Below are positions 1-13,100 of a stretch of 64,000 nucleotides of DNA, one piece after another (the first letter of the stretch is position 1; every line of letters begins with the position of its first letter). The position numbers were made by a program, and so were the translations under genes. The notes below the pieces were generated by a model, which saw only the letters and a program-made list of their open reading frames with translations, did no database searches and had not been told where the DNA came from. The stretch is from Lytechinus pictus (lineage: Eukaryota), in assembly GCF_037042905.1 (NCBI RefSeq), contig NC_087263.1, forward strand, positions 7,814,001-7,878,000, written 5' to 3'.

Positions 1-291
1 AAGTTTGGGCTAAAATTCTGGTTGTGTCAGGGGAAATGAAACCAAGTTTGGGCTAAAATTCTGGTTGTGTCAGGGGAAATGAAACCAAGTTTGGGCTAAA
101 ATTCTGGTTGTGTCAGGGGAAATGAAACCAAGTTTGGGCTAAAATTCTGGTTGTGTCAGGGGAAATGAAACCAAGTTTGGGCTAAAATTCTGGTTGTGTC
201 AGGGGAAATGAAACCAAGTTTGGGCTAAAATTCTGGTTGTGTCAGGGGAAATGAAACCAAGTTTGGGCTAAAATTCTGGTTGTGTCAGGGG
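1..291. repeat. 43-bp minisatellite, about 6.7 identical copies, truncated by window edge
   Basis: Unit AAGTTTGGGCTAAAATTCTGGTTGTGTCAGGGGAAATGAAACC starting at 1,44,87,130,173,216,259. Confidence 0.97.
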
Positions 292-957
292 TTAAACCTA
301 ACTTTAATTATGAATACTAGGGCCAAGGGATTAACAAATCAATGAAACAAGGTGGTTCATTAAGCATGAGTCTTGTCTGGTTACGCGATCAATAACTTAT
401 GCAATATGACCTTTATGGCCAGTGATTTATATTTCCCTTTATTGAATTATGGATCTTCTAGAAATTCTGTAAAATATGCTGGAGTTATTTTATAGAACAA
501 AATACCTAAACAAATAAAAAGATGCCAATCTCTTGCCTCTTTCAAAAACAGCTATAAAAAATTCCTTAGTGATGCCTATAAATAAATCTGAAAATACATG
601 TAAGTAGTAATTGCCTTATTACCAACCCATACACTTAGATGTTTACAGTACATTCTCTCTCTCTCTCTCTTCTATGATTATTATGATTATATTATGGTCT
701 CAGGAGCCCAGCCTTAGAAAGGCCATTGGCCTATGCTGGCTCCCTCATATTCTAATTTATTTTCTTGTTAAATGTATTTCTATTTTTGTATCTTTATTTG
801 TATACATGTATAATGTATTCTTTGATTTGTATGTTGTATGTCTTTAATGAGAAATTGGAATAAATAAATGAAAAAAAAAAAAGACTCCTAGATGACCTTT
901 GACCTTATCATCCTCATGAACACAAGTCAATGAAAAGAGTTAACAGCCCGTTATTAC

Positions 958-1178
958 CTCAATGACCTTAGCCTTCTTATCTCCTGCAGCCTCCCTTGCA
1001 ATCTCCCTCAGTTTCTTATCATCGACAGCCTTTGGGAGGTTGTGAATGGCAAGCCGAGTGGGCGAAACAAAGATATTCAGGTTCTTTAATTTCTCCTTCT
1101 TGACGTTTTCTATCTTGAGTCTCTTGTTCATGTACTGCTCCGAGAGGCCCTCCGCTGCCTTGGTCCCCGGCCGTATCA
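958..1178 (-). CDS. RBM28: RBM28 exon 12 (IRPGTKAAEGLS...TRLAIHNLPK...VIE)
   Basis: Start of RRM4; acceptor ttcag, donor GAG|gtaata; downstream exons not in window. Confidence 0.92.
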
Positions 1179-4100
1179 CTGAATATGTGGAACAATGAGA
1201 ATGAAAAGGCAAGATTTACAAGGTTTGTGCCAGATCAGCGATGGTATATGGCTCAGAAAAGTGGAATGTGAAGAAAATAGAAGATATCTTGGAGAACAGA
1301 GAGAGAGCCATGATAAGAAAAATGTGTGGTGTTATATATCTTGACTAAAGAAAACAAGTGAACTCATGGAAGTGTTTGGCTTGCGCAAGAAACTGCTGTG
1401 GAAGTTGTAAAGAGGAGTGGACTGAGATGGATTGGCCGTGTGCTTAGGAGGTGATATGCTGAACCTGTGAAAAGAGCACACAATCCGGAAAGTAGATGGC
1501 AAAAGAGCAGACCTGCCTACCTCTGGGAATGAAAAATTGTATTCTGTGAAAACCCCCCCCCCCCGTATTTTCCCCCCAGAAAACTGTATTTCATAATAAA
1601 ATGCGTGGCAAATGCAAGGCACGTGCGCTCATCGCGGCACTCAAGCTGCATGCCAGCTAAAATGCGCACTGCTCTTGCAGATGAACAAAAAACATTGAAA
1701 CATGTGTATATCTCACCCTGGTTTTAACAAAATGATTGAAAAAAAAACAAGTTACCTGAAATTAGATTAATCCAATAACTTTGTGAAAGTTTTATGAAAT
1801 AGAGACATATAGAGATGATTTTTTTTTTAATTGTATATTCTAAAGAAAAAAAACGTACTGTTGTATTTGGTTGCAAGAACGTACTAAATACACCAAAAAC
1901 GTACTGGTTGGCAGCTCTGCAAGAGTAAGGGGAAGATCATACATTACATATACATGGAAAGGTATGGTGAAGGAAAGCAGTATTAAAGGTTAGTCTGAAT
2001 GAGGAGAATACTCCAGACAGAAAGGACTGAAATTAGGGATAAGATGATGATATGGATGTTTAATTCTCATTCTCTTTTCTTTAATTGTGAATGGTAATTA
2101 TCATGACTCTTTTCTTCTACCTCTTCCATCTACACTGTCTCCCCTCTCTTTCTGTTTCTCTCTCTCTAATTTATGTGTATACATATGTGGGTGTGTGTTT
2201 ATTCTTACATGTACATATGTATATTTAATGTATAATTTGTATTATAATGTTAACCTCAAATGTATAGTGTATGTTGGAACCCTGCTTGCAAGCACTGCTT
2301 ATTTAGGGCATCCCTCCATTTTCAAACAATACATATTTGTATTTCATGTCAGATTTTCATGCATACTTATTTCTAAAGATGGTAAATAAATTGAAATTGA
2401 AAATTGAAGTCATAAATCGTTAAGCTAGACATGGCCCTTTAGATTTACTTACGTCCTTCTCGCAGTAAATGGAGATTTCTTTTGTCCTTCTGTTCCTCCT
2501 TTGCTTTGTCTTTCTCTGCTGTTCTTAATTTAATTGCCTCTGATCTGCTGATAGCTGGACTCAACGCCAACAATCGTCCATTCAACCTCACGGCATCACC
2601 CTAACATAAATAAAAATAAAATGATTATTTCTTATATTTCAGTTGTTTGGTTTGGATAGTAATGACGAAAATTTAACTGATATATCTCTGACAATCAGGG
2701 TTGTAATAAAAAACGTTTTTTATAAAAAAAAACAAATAAAACGTTTTTTATTGTTTTAAAACGTTTTTTTTCCAACGAACGATGTAATTTTCCTGTAAAT
2801 AAATTAAATTATACACTTAATACAATATGATTTAAGCTCTTGATGTTTTAATTACATTTTTGGAGTATTAAGAGATGACTACAATTTTTGTTTCTGAATT
2901 TTCAACAGAAAAGTTCATATTTTTCCCAAAATTACTAAATCAAGGAAATTGAATGCCAAATAATTAAGTTGACATTTTATAAGTTTATTCCTCATACATG
3001 TAGTCTCAGGTTTTTTTTAGTCTTATCAATCTAAAGGGGTGAGAAGAAGTTGCACTATGTAAGAAAACAACATAATCTATAGACTATAGGCTTTCAAAGC
3101 TTAATTTCATTTATTCAATATGCTTTATTTCATTTGTATCAATTATACAAATTTTAAGTAATAATAATGATAATAATAGTCCGCTTTTATATAGTGCTTA
3201 ATACATTGGAACGACGTGTCTAAGCGCTTTACAGATATATTATTAACCCAGTCATCGGATTCAATCAGTCATTCCCGCACACAATGTATGCACATCCTCC
3301 ACTCCCTGGGTAGTATTCCAGTCAGTCGCTAGTGAGGCGCACACAGTACTGGACAAGCTACAATGACTTTCACATCCTACCGGGTACCCACAAGTGCATG
3401 AAATATAAGTTTGGGTTTAAATCTATAAATATTAGGCCCTTGAACTGCTTATTTCTTTAATTGAGGAATTTTAATCAAATTGTTTTTTTCAATGTTTGTT
3501 TTAACTGTTTTTTTTATAAATTTCTTATGTACAGTTTTGTGGTTACTTTTGGGTTTTTTTATCGTTTTTTAATGGAAATTATTGGCAATTATTTTCCAAT
3601 CATTAACAAAAAGTACAAATATTGATACAGATAAAATGTTGGCGAAAAATTTGCATTGGCTTTACTTGTGTAATATCATGGAGCTATCAATGTGTTGATA
3701 GCTCCATGGTAATATCATAACCGCATATCCATGCATGTATCCCAAAAATAGTCTTGAACAATATGGCGTGGCCCTGCTGTTCTTATGGATTTATCATAGA
3801 AATTTTTAAGGGGGCCATTACAGTCCCCTGGGATTGTTAGGGTTAAAGGTCAAATCCACCCCAGAAAAATGCTGATTTGAATCAGTAAAGAAAATTCAAA
3901 CAAGCATAATGCTGAAAATTTCATCGAAATCGGATGTAAAATAAGAAAGTTATGACATTTTAAAGTTTCGCTTATTTTTCACAAAACATTTATAACAACT
4001 CAGTGATGTGCAAATGAGGGAGTTGATGATGTCCCTCACTCACTATTTCTTTTGTTTTTTTAATTGTTTGAACAATAAAATATTTCAATTTATACAGATT

Positions 4101-7100
4101 TGATAATAATGACCAACTTAACTGAACCAAAAAATGTTAAAACAATGGTAGTTCCACTCATGTTCAGGGAGGAAAAAAAATATATATCACATGACAATGA
4201 GAAAATAACGACATACAAAATAAATAGTGAGTGATGTCATCAGTCCCCTCATTTGCATACCAACCAGGATGCGCATATAACTGTTTTGCGAAATTAAGCG
4301 AAACTTTAAAATGTCATAACTTTCTTATTTTACATCCGATTTCGATGAAATTTTCAGCATAATACCTTTTTCTTGGGGTGGACTTGTCCTTTAAGCCTAA
4401 GGTTTGCTAGCTGATTATCTTATTCTGAATTAAACTACTTTTCTTCATCTTTACAAAGCGCAAAGTTTCACCTACTTTCGTGTGTACCTCAAGGTTACAA
4501 TGTCAGTTATACTGTCTATTTGCAAAATATTATTGTGCTTGTGCAACACTTCCATTTCATTCAAGTACTACTATTACATATTTGAGCTTATTCTAAATAG
4601 TGTTTCTTTCCCTGTCTAAAAGTGAGCACAACACTCAAATGCTTGTTAAAATGAGAATATATAGATTGATCTACATAATTGAACAGGAGGAAAGGAACAT
4701 GACAAAGCAATGGAAAAGGGGAGAATAAGGGGGGAAAGAGAGAGGAGAAAAAGAGTGGTGGTGAGAAAGAGATTTAGTTAGAAGAAAATAATAAAAAAAA
4801 TATATTCATGTAAAATCACATCCATGCATATTTATAACACACAAGTCTATGAGGTGTTTTAAAACACGTTTTTTTTGTAAAAAAAACGGGTGTTTTAAAA
4901 CGCGTTTTAAAACATGTTTTAAAACACACCGTTTAAAACGTGCCAACCCTGCTGACAATCAAATGAAAAGATTACTTCTATACTTGTATTCTTTGGTTTG
5001 GATAGTAGAGATAAAAAATTAACTAATTTAGTTGTGGCAATGAAAGATAAAAATTGTTTTCAGATGATCTCACACTTGGTCAACAGCATGAAAGTCTACA
5101 TGTGGGACCACAATAATAATGCCAATATTGTAGACCCATATGTAGCCTTTCATGATGTTGACAAAGTGTAATAATAAAAATGATCTTTCTGAGTCATGAC
5201 ATAAGAAAATATTCTTCACTATCTTGACAGTTTCCAACTAAAACCTAAAAAACAATTTCAAGGAAATATGGAGAATAGATAGTAATTTCATGGATGCAGA
5301 TGCAAAATATGAAATTTTAGCAATTATCAGTGAAACCCCCTTTTTTTTACCCCCGTTAACACTAAACACCTGTTTATAAATATTGTTTATAACACTAAAC
5401 ACCTGTTTATAAATATTGTTTAAACATATTTAGAAATAAATGTAATGAATCATGCCTATAAATACAGGGTAATAGTTTTTACCATATGCCCTTTTGGCAG
5501 TGCAATACAGAATACTATTTACTTACCTCATGAAGACAATTTGCAGCATCTTCCTTTGTCTTGAATTTAACAAATGCAGTACCTATAAAAAGACAAGAAA
5601 ATAAACAAAAGATACACTTACAAAGTAAAATCAATGAAGAAAAAAAAATATTATCACCTGTAACTATAAATGTACGATGGTGTCAATACTAATAACAACA
5701 ACAACAATTCTGCAAGAATCTTTAGGACAGAAGAAAGCAGACTAAACAGAAGAAAAACAAAAGCAAAATGCATGGCAAGGCATAATGGTATTGTATTCAT
5801 GTCAGTGTATAATACAGATCAACATTTCCTATCTTACAAGAAATACATGTACATGTATTGCTTTTGTAAATATCCAGAAATTACTACAAAAGTAAACCTT
5901 ACATAAAATTTGAATAATCGCCTAATCAGACTTTTTTCAAAGAATTTCAACCGAGTTGTACAGATTTTGGTGGTCAACAGAGATTGGACATTTACACATT
6001 CTATTGCACTTTCTTATTTTAATGATCAATTTCTCTTGGGTATGCACGTTTCAACAAGCCTTTTTTAATGCCTTTTTAGTGCATGCCCCATTTTCATTCA
6101 TTTGTTTCAACTCTATAGTATTGTCATAACTATGTGCCGATTCTTATTTTATTACTACCTCGTGTTTGTTTTTCTGATTTCTGTTGAATATCTTTGTTTT
6201 TTAATGTTTTATTTGTCTGGATATCATTTTGTTTTTCTCTTTGGTATACTGATTGCCATGGTCTAGTTAAACCTTGGTTTTTAACTTACATGTAGATAAC
6301 ACTTTTTATGGAGTGCCAGTTGTCAACTCATTCACCAATTAAAAATTCTTATCCTGCTGCAAAAAATTGTCAAAAATTAATTTAGTCCAAATACAAAAAA
6401 ATGAGTTTTAATGAATGTATTAATATATTATAATTGCCACAAATATGTAAGAAATATTATGAAGCCCAGTATTCTATAGAAGAGTGGTACACAATTCTTG
6501 TTTAGACAAGTCTAGTTTAAGCCAGGTAATAATAACATTATCAAGTTAAGCAGGGCCTGCTGAGAGAACAGACTTCAGAACTGAAGTGGATACCCTGGGT
6601 AAAATATAATATTATTATTATTATTAGGGCTAAATATGGGTCTAATTATCAGAATAACACGCATTGTGTTCTTTTTAATGACTGGAAATAAATATTTGAA
6701 TTGGAAAGAATATATTTACCCCTGGAATGTTCAGTCATTGGATCAACAACCACTCTTGCGAATTCCAGCTCTCCAAAAGGTGCGAAGAGCGCACTCACAT
6801 CATCATCTGTTGAGTCGTATGGAACATTTCTGTGTTATAAAAAATGAAAAGAAAACCAGCATTGGGATTTAGGCAGAGTATTCTTACCTCAAATACCTCG
6901 CCCAATTTTCTATTTTTCTATTCTTCAATCGTATTTTACTAGATTCCAACAAACCTCTTGAATCTTAATTTCATAAATGTATCTTAGTTTGTGTAAATGT
7001 TCTAGTTGTATACATATGTTTTCTTACCTAATTTTGTTGATCATGTTGTAAAACACTTTTAAAAATTCAAATAATAAAAACCATTACAAATACACATGTA

Positions 7101-10100
7101 TAAAGTCATCTGATCTGTTCACTGGCAAAACAGTCAATATTTTCAGGAACATTGGGAAAAATGGGTATACTATTTGCATTTCGCTTAGTCTCTCTGCGCA
7201 TACTGATCAAGGGGGTCTTTTATACCACGCACAACTACATGTAGGCATTTAAGTGCGACTCTAAGTCATACTTAAATCTTTGTGAAACACCCTCCAGGTA
7301 TGGAGAGATGATGCAAAATATACCCTCGTATTTCCCACGGTCTCCCACGGTAGAAAGAGATATGCGTCATACTGAGACAGTGTTTACGGAGCAACACATG
7401 CCATAATGTCATTGAAACTATTGGATATGTGTCCCCAAGGGTAATTAAATCACAATGGTATGGCTTAAGGACGTTCCACAGTTATGTTTGTGCGCATTAT
7501 GATCTGCGCATAGTTTACACTCTGCGCGCTGACGTCACAATGGATGAACAGGTGATTAATTAGCTGCGGGTATGAGCAGATTTTTCTCATCTTCTGCACT
7601 TTAACTGCAGATCCGATGCGTTATTTCATGAAGCTAAATAAGGGAATTATTTCATGGTCCATTAAAAAAAAATTCTCTACAATTTCAAAATACTTTACTC
7701 TGCACTGCTACATGTACCAAGAATCACGAATATTACCCCGAGTTTAAATAAAATGGTAGAGTGGTTTTGATTTTTTCTTCACATAGATACAAAGCATTCG
7801 GCGCATTTTTTGTGTTTTAAAAAGCACATTTGCTCTAATAAAAATGCTGATAGTTAAAAAACAAGCACATGAACCCCCATGTTTTAATGTTTGTACCTCT
7901 TAGGTATACCTTCCTCTACAACTCTGCAAATTTTGGTGAAAATGACATGGATTTTGAATAAAGTGCAGCATTTATTGTACGTTTGTAGTTTGTTACTGAA
8001 AGTTTATATTTTTTAGATTGGGATTTTGTTATCTTTTACGCCATTTTTAAGAACTGACAGTGCTGTTAAACTTACAATTGCAAACAAATAGCACTATAAA
8101 TAGATTCTCCATTCTAACGATACAATTATTAACTCTCTTGCAAAATTTGATGACTTTTTCATGTATTTTGACTGAGTAATAGAGGTTTCAACTCATTGTA
8201 GTAATCTTGGGCGGTCTAAAAATGCTAAATTCTTTTAAATGCGCAATTCTTAAGAACATAAATTTGGGTGAACTTTGAAGCTCTATAGCAAAAAATCAAG
8301 CACATGGACCTATGTTAATTTTTGCATATTTCGAATATTAAGGTTCTACAGTATCTATGTGCAAAGTTTGGTGAAAATGACATGGATTTCACTTTAACTG
8401 TGGAACGTCCTTAAAGCTCTGGATGTATACATGAATTAAGGAAACCCTCATTATATGAACACAGAGTAAATTTATCTTCATTTTCATGAGTTTGCACTTA
8501 ATGTCTGATTTGTACAATATTAAAAATATTGTCTGGCTCTACTTTGTGCAGAAACATAAAAAAGAACCATATTGTCCCCATCTAAAGACTACTCGGGGAC
8601 AGTATGATTCTTTTGCATGCAACATATTGCCCTCAAGACCAGTCAATATTATTCTTATTACACACTAGAAAATGGAGAGTCTTTCCTTCATATTTGATAT
8701 TGCCCTCAAGACCAGTCAATATTATTCTTATTACACACCTGATAAAGAGAGTCTTTCCTTCTTGAACATCTTCAATAGGTTTCTTGAAGGGATGACCTTT
8801 GACCCTATCTTTAGTAAGGTTTTCATCTTCTACCTCTTCATCTTCCTCCTCATCGTCTTCCTCTTCATCCTCCTCATCGTCATCGTCACTGTTCATGTCA
8901 TCATCTTCATCGTCAATATCTTCGTCTTTGTTTTCCATGTCACTATCATCATCAACATCACTGTCTTGACTTGAGCCTTCATCGCTGTCCTCTTCCTCAT
9001 CTACAACCTGAGGCAAACAAAATGATTTCTATTACTAATTCAACTATAAAGATACCATCATCTACTCCTTAGGAATATTGAAAAGAGTAGAATAGAATTT
9101 CTTCATTAAAAACACACACCAAACAATAATGCTGCACATAACTGTGATATAATATTTTAACATACAGTACATGTATATTGCACGTGAAGTATTAACAAAA
9201 TTAGTCAGCTTTGAATATTTTACTGGAAATCGTTAAGTAGAAACTCAAAATTCTCTGTGGTCCAGTAAAAGAACTGACTAAACAACTGACTTATATTTCA
9301 AGATTTCTGGATATTCATGGATTTATAGCATAAGATCTGTTAAAAAGATGTGTGCACAAATCATCGTAACCTACCATATCTTTGCGATTACTATCATGTT
9401 CTTCCTCCATCTCTTCTTCTTCTTCATCCGATACTCCATCATCATTATCTACAAAGGGATAATAAAAAAACATAGTGGATACAAGTGCACAGCTGCCAAC
9501 CTTAAATATGAAAAATGTCCTAGTCCATATTCGTTGAAATCCTATTTTCAAGTTTAAAATTCTATTTTCTTTCAAATTTTGAAAACATACCAAAACTCAA
9601 TACAAGTTTCAAAAATCCTATTTCTCAGGACAAACAATCCTTTCAAGTGTCACTTTCTCTTAAAGAATCCTACTATATATGATAAATCCTAATAATTGGG
9701 AGCCCTGCAATTGATGCAATCAGTCAACATTTTGAAGGGACACAAAGTGGAGTATGGGGTAACCAGTGAGCACGAATTTTGGCCTTTCTAAAATGAAAGT
9801 AGGATTTTGACCTAATAATGATAAAAAAAAGAAGATTTCTTTCCCTTTCTTCTTCTCCCTTTTTTTTTGGGGGGGGGGTGGGAGTGGGGGCAGGACGTCC
9901 GATGTATCCGCCAGTGGTGAATACTGCTTTACATCATCTGATAATATATCATCATCTAAAAAGAACAAAAAATCATGGTCGATATTTGAGTTTGGCATGG
10001 AGGATCCAATGTGGGGGGGGGGGGGGGGAGGGCTGACATCTTAGATCTATGTACAATGAAATCATGTATTCAATGATTGACCCTGCACAATATTTCAGTC

Positions 10101-13100
10101 TCAAAATACCGTCTTGATATTTAGCAGTTGACTATTGTATACTTGATTGTTCTATTAATTCAAAATTGTACCATTGTAAAATTGTATGGACTACATGTAT
10201 ATATGCAGATTTTGTGCATCCAATTATGAAAAGTCCAATTATAAATGCAGCTTTTAGCAAGGGCGCCATTTTCAATGAAGCCGTGGTGATATGAAAAAAA
10301 TCTACATGGTGCATGGTCTTACATGTATATACAATGGTACAACTGAGACCTACATGTACTTTGCGAATATTGGCCAATGGACGACTCTACCAGTAAATGA
10401 TTTGACTATTACACTAACCTTTAGGAGTAGAGTCTTTGGTCTTCTGAAGAGCTTGGAGATACTCCGTCCTCGGAACAGTCCAGTCTACAGCCACTGTACG
10501 ATCTTAATAACAATCAATGAATACAAATGACCGTACAAACTTAAAATTCATGATTAAAACCTAAAAATCAATTTCCAAAAGTAATCGAATGCTTCTTCCA
10601 GGCCTTGAAATAAGAGGGCGCGGGCGCAAATTCACGCTCCAAAAGCCATCAATTGTGCCAGTAAAGCCACAAATTCATTAAAATCCAGATGGCTAAGTGC
10701 TAATATTTCCCAGGTAATTGCGCCCGCCATGAGTGAGCAGTGAAGTCATATACATGTAAGTGTATTCATCACAAATGATTCACAATTTAGAATATCTAAA
10801 AAAGAATATCAAGTCCAATTAAGTAACTTTGAAGTCCAAGCCACATCTTTTTAATAGTCTGTACCATTTTGTGTGCATCCACTCCGTCTTTTTTCTGTAA
10901 TACATGTACTCCCGGTATTGCATACACATGGTATAGGAAAAAAAAATTGATGCACGCTACCACAGGAAAACAGTTGCATGTACATGTACAGGGGTCTGTT
11001 ATCATTACCACCATGTGCAAGTTCTAATGCAAAAAAAGTTTCATGGTGTTGCTTAATTAAAGGTAAATGCTAGTTTTGGTAACGATATCAAAATGAGTTC
11101 GTACAGAATCCAATGAAATGACCACCAAAGTATCTGTTTGTATAAATAAAACGCATGTGCCAATGGATTCTGGAAGAAATTGTGTAATTGCTGAGAAATC
11201 AGCAAATAAGCACAGGATTCGGGTAGAGCGTCGGGCCCGACGCTCAAAGCAATAATTATACACTGTCCCACGTGCGCTTATCTGTGTTGGGGAAGTTCAG
11301 TCTGAACATTTTTCAGCGTAGATTTCAAGATTTCACAAAGTTCAGTTTATGTAACTGTACCAGATCTAGATCCTCGATGATATACTGACAATTAAGCCTG
11401 GTTTTAAAGACTTTCTCATGAAATCAGTGTTTACTGCAACTACTGGAATTTCTCTTTAAGTGAAAACGATCTCAAATCTTCACCAATATTTTAATCATTT
11501 TTTTCCTAGTATTTTAACAACAAACTTTTAGTCAGGGTGAACTTCACCTTTAACAATTTCCTTTAATAAAATATTGCAATCGATTGCATATCATTTCTTT
11601 CAACACCCCTAAGTTTTATGAAACAGGCCCTTACGATTTCTTCATTCAACAAACCAAGACGAAATGAACTTACTCATGATTTGTTTTCCATTCATCTGCT
11701 TGAGGGCTTTGGCTGCTCTGCTGAGGTGATCAAACTGCACAAAGCCAAATCCCATGCTTTTATTCTCCTTCATAGGAATAGAGATCTCTGTTACGGTCCC
11801 AAAAGCCTCAAAGACCGACTTGAGTTTGTCCTCTGTGCACTGATAAAACAGGATGTTATTATCATAATTATTAATCCAGCATATGAAGATAATACAAAGA
11901 ATACATAAGATTTCAGAGAACAAAGAATTATATGTTTTAAAAATTAACCACTGGAATGCCATGGGCAGAAATACATCTAGTTATTAAGTGAAAATAAGCC
12001 TTCTGCCCCAATTTCAGTGTTTATAAACATAGAATAATATAAAGTACTTGAACAATCTGCAGAAGGATTAAAGGTAAATGCTAGTTTTGGTAACGATATC
12101 AAAATGAGTTCGTACAGAATCCAATGAAATGACCACCAGAGTGTCTGTTTGTATAAATAAAACGCATGTGCCAAAGGAATCTGGAAGAAATTGTGTAATT
12201 GCTGAGAAATCAGCAAATAAGCACAGGATTCGGGTAGAGCGTCGGGCCCGACGCTCAAAGCAATAATTATACATTGTCCCACGTGCGCGTATCTGTGTTG
12301 GGGAAGTTCAGTCTGAACATTTTTCAGCGTAGATTTCAAGATTTCACAAAGTTCAATTATGTAACTGTACCAGATCTAGATCCTCGATGATATACTGACA
12401 ATTAAGCCTGGTTTTACAGACTTTCTCATGAAATCAGTGTTTACTGCAACTACTGGAATTTCTCTTTAATATAACTCTGCTCGTTATAATAACAATACTA
12501 AATTACAGCATAGATCCATACAATTCATCACAATTTAAATAAAAAGTGAAAATAAACATAGATTATCTATAAAGGAAATAATGCAATGAATATAAATTAA
12601 ATTAATCAATTGCAAAACAGCTGTCATGAGAAATCTGCCTCTTCAAAATTAATGCACTCTTAGATTTTTCCAATGGTTGATTCTACATGTATGAGAAAAG
12701 TTGAAATTTGATTAATTACGACTCTAGCGCCCCATTTCAGTAATAGTATTATTTTGTTAAAACTTACCATTTCAGCACTTATCAAGCAAATTTAGTGATT
12801 GGATATCAGAAAGCTGTTAAATAAGGATTATTTCCTTAAATTTTCAGCCCATTCCATGACTGAAAGTGATTTTATATTAAAAAAACATAAAAATAACCAG
12901 GGTCCTGTAACACAAAGGTTAGCGATTAATTATCGTACGCTTGATTTTCATGATTGATTGTACATTGTAGTTAATGCAATCAATTGCAGAAAAAATGTTC
13001 TAAGATCATTGCTAAGCTTTGTGTTACGGGCCCCCAGCTATTTTATTTCGATCGGACACCTCATTAAAATACATCATCATGCAAAATCTAAAAATGTATC

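Larger units (their letters stand above)
2696..4951. mobile_element. Non-autonomous hAT-like element with nested insertions
   Basis: TIR CAGGGTTG / CAACCCTG; perfect 8-bp TSD CTGACAAT (2688-2695, 4952-4959); subterminal AAAACG repeats. Confidence 0.85.

Noticed and set aside
1..291. CRISPR array
   Set aside because: Head-to-tail identical units with no spacers, eukaryotic intron, no cas genes.
8672..8974. Hydrophobic 100-aa plus-strand ORF
   Set aside because: Antisense shadow of the acidic RBM28 exon.
11053..12339. Duplicated 68-120 aa ORFs
   Set aside because: Chance ORFs in two copies of the same MITE.
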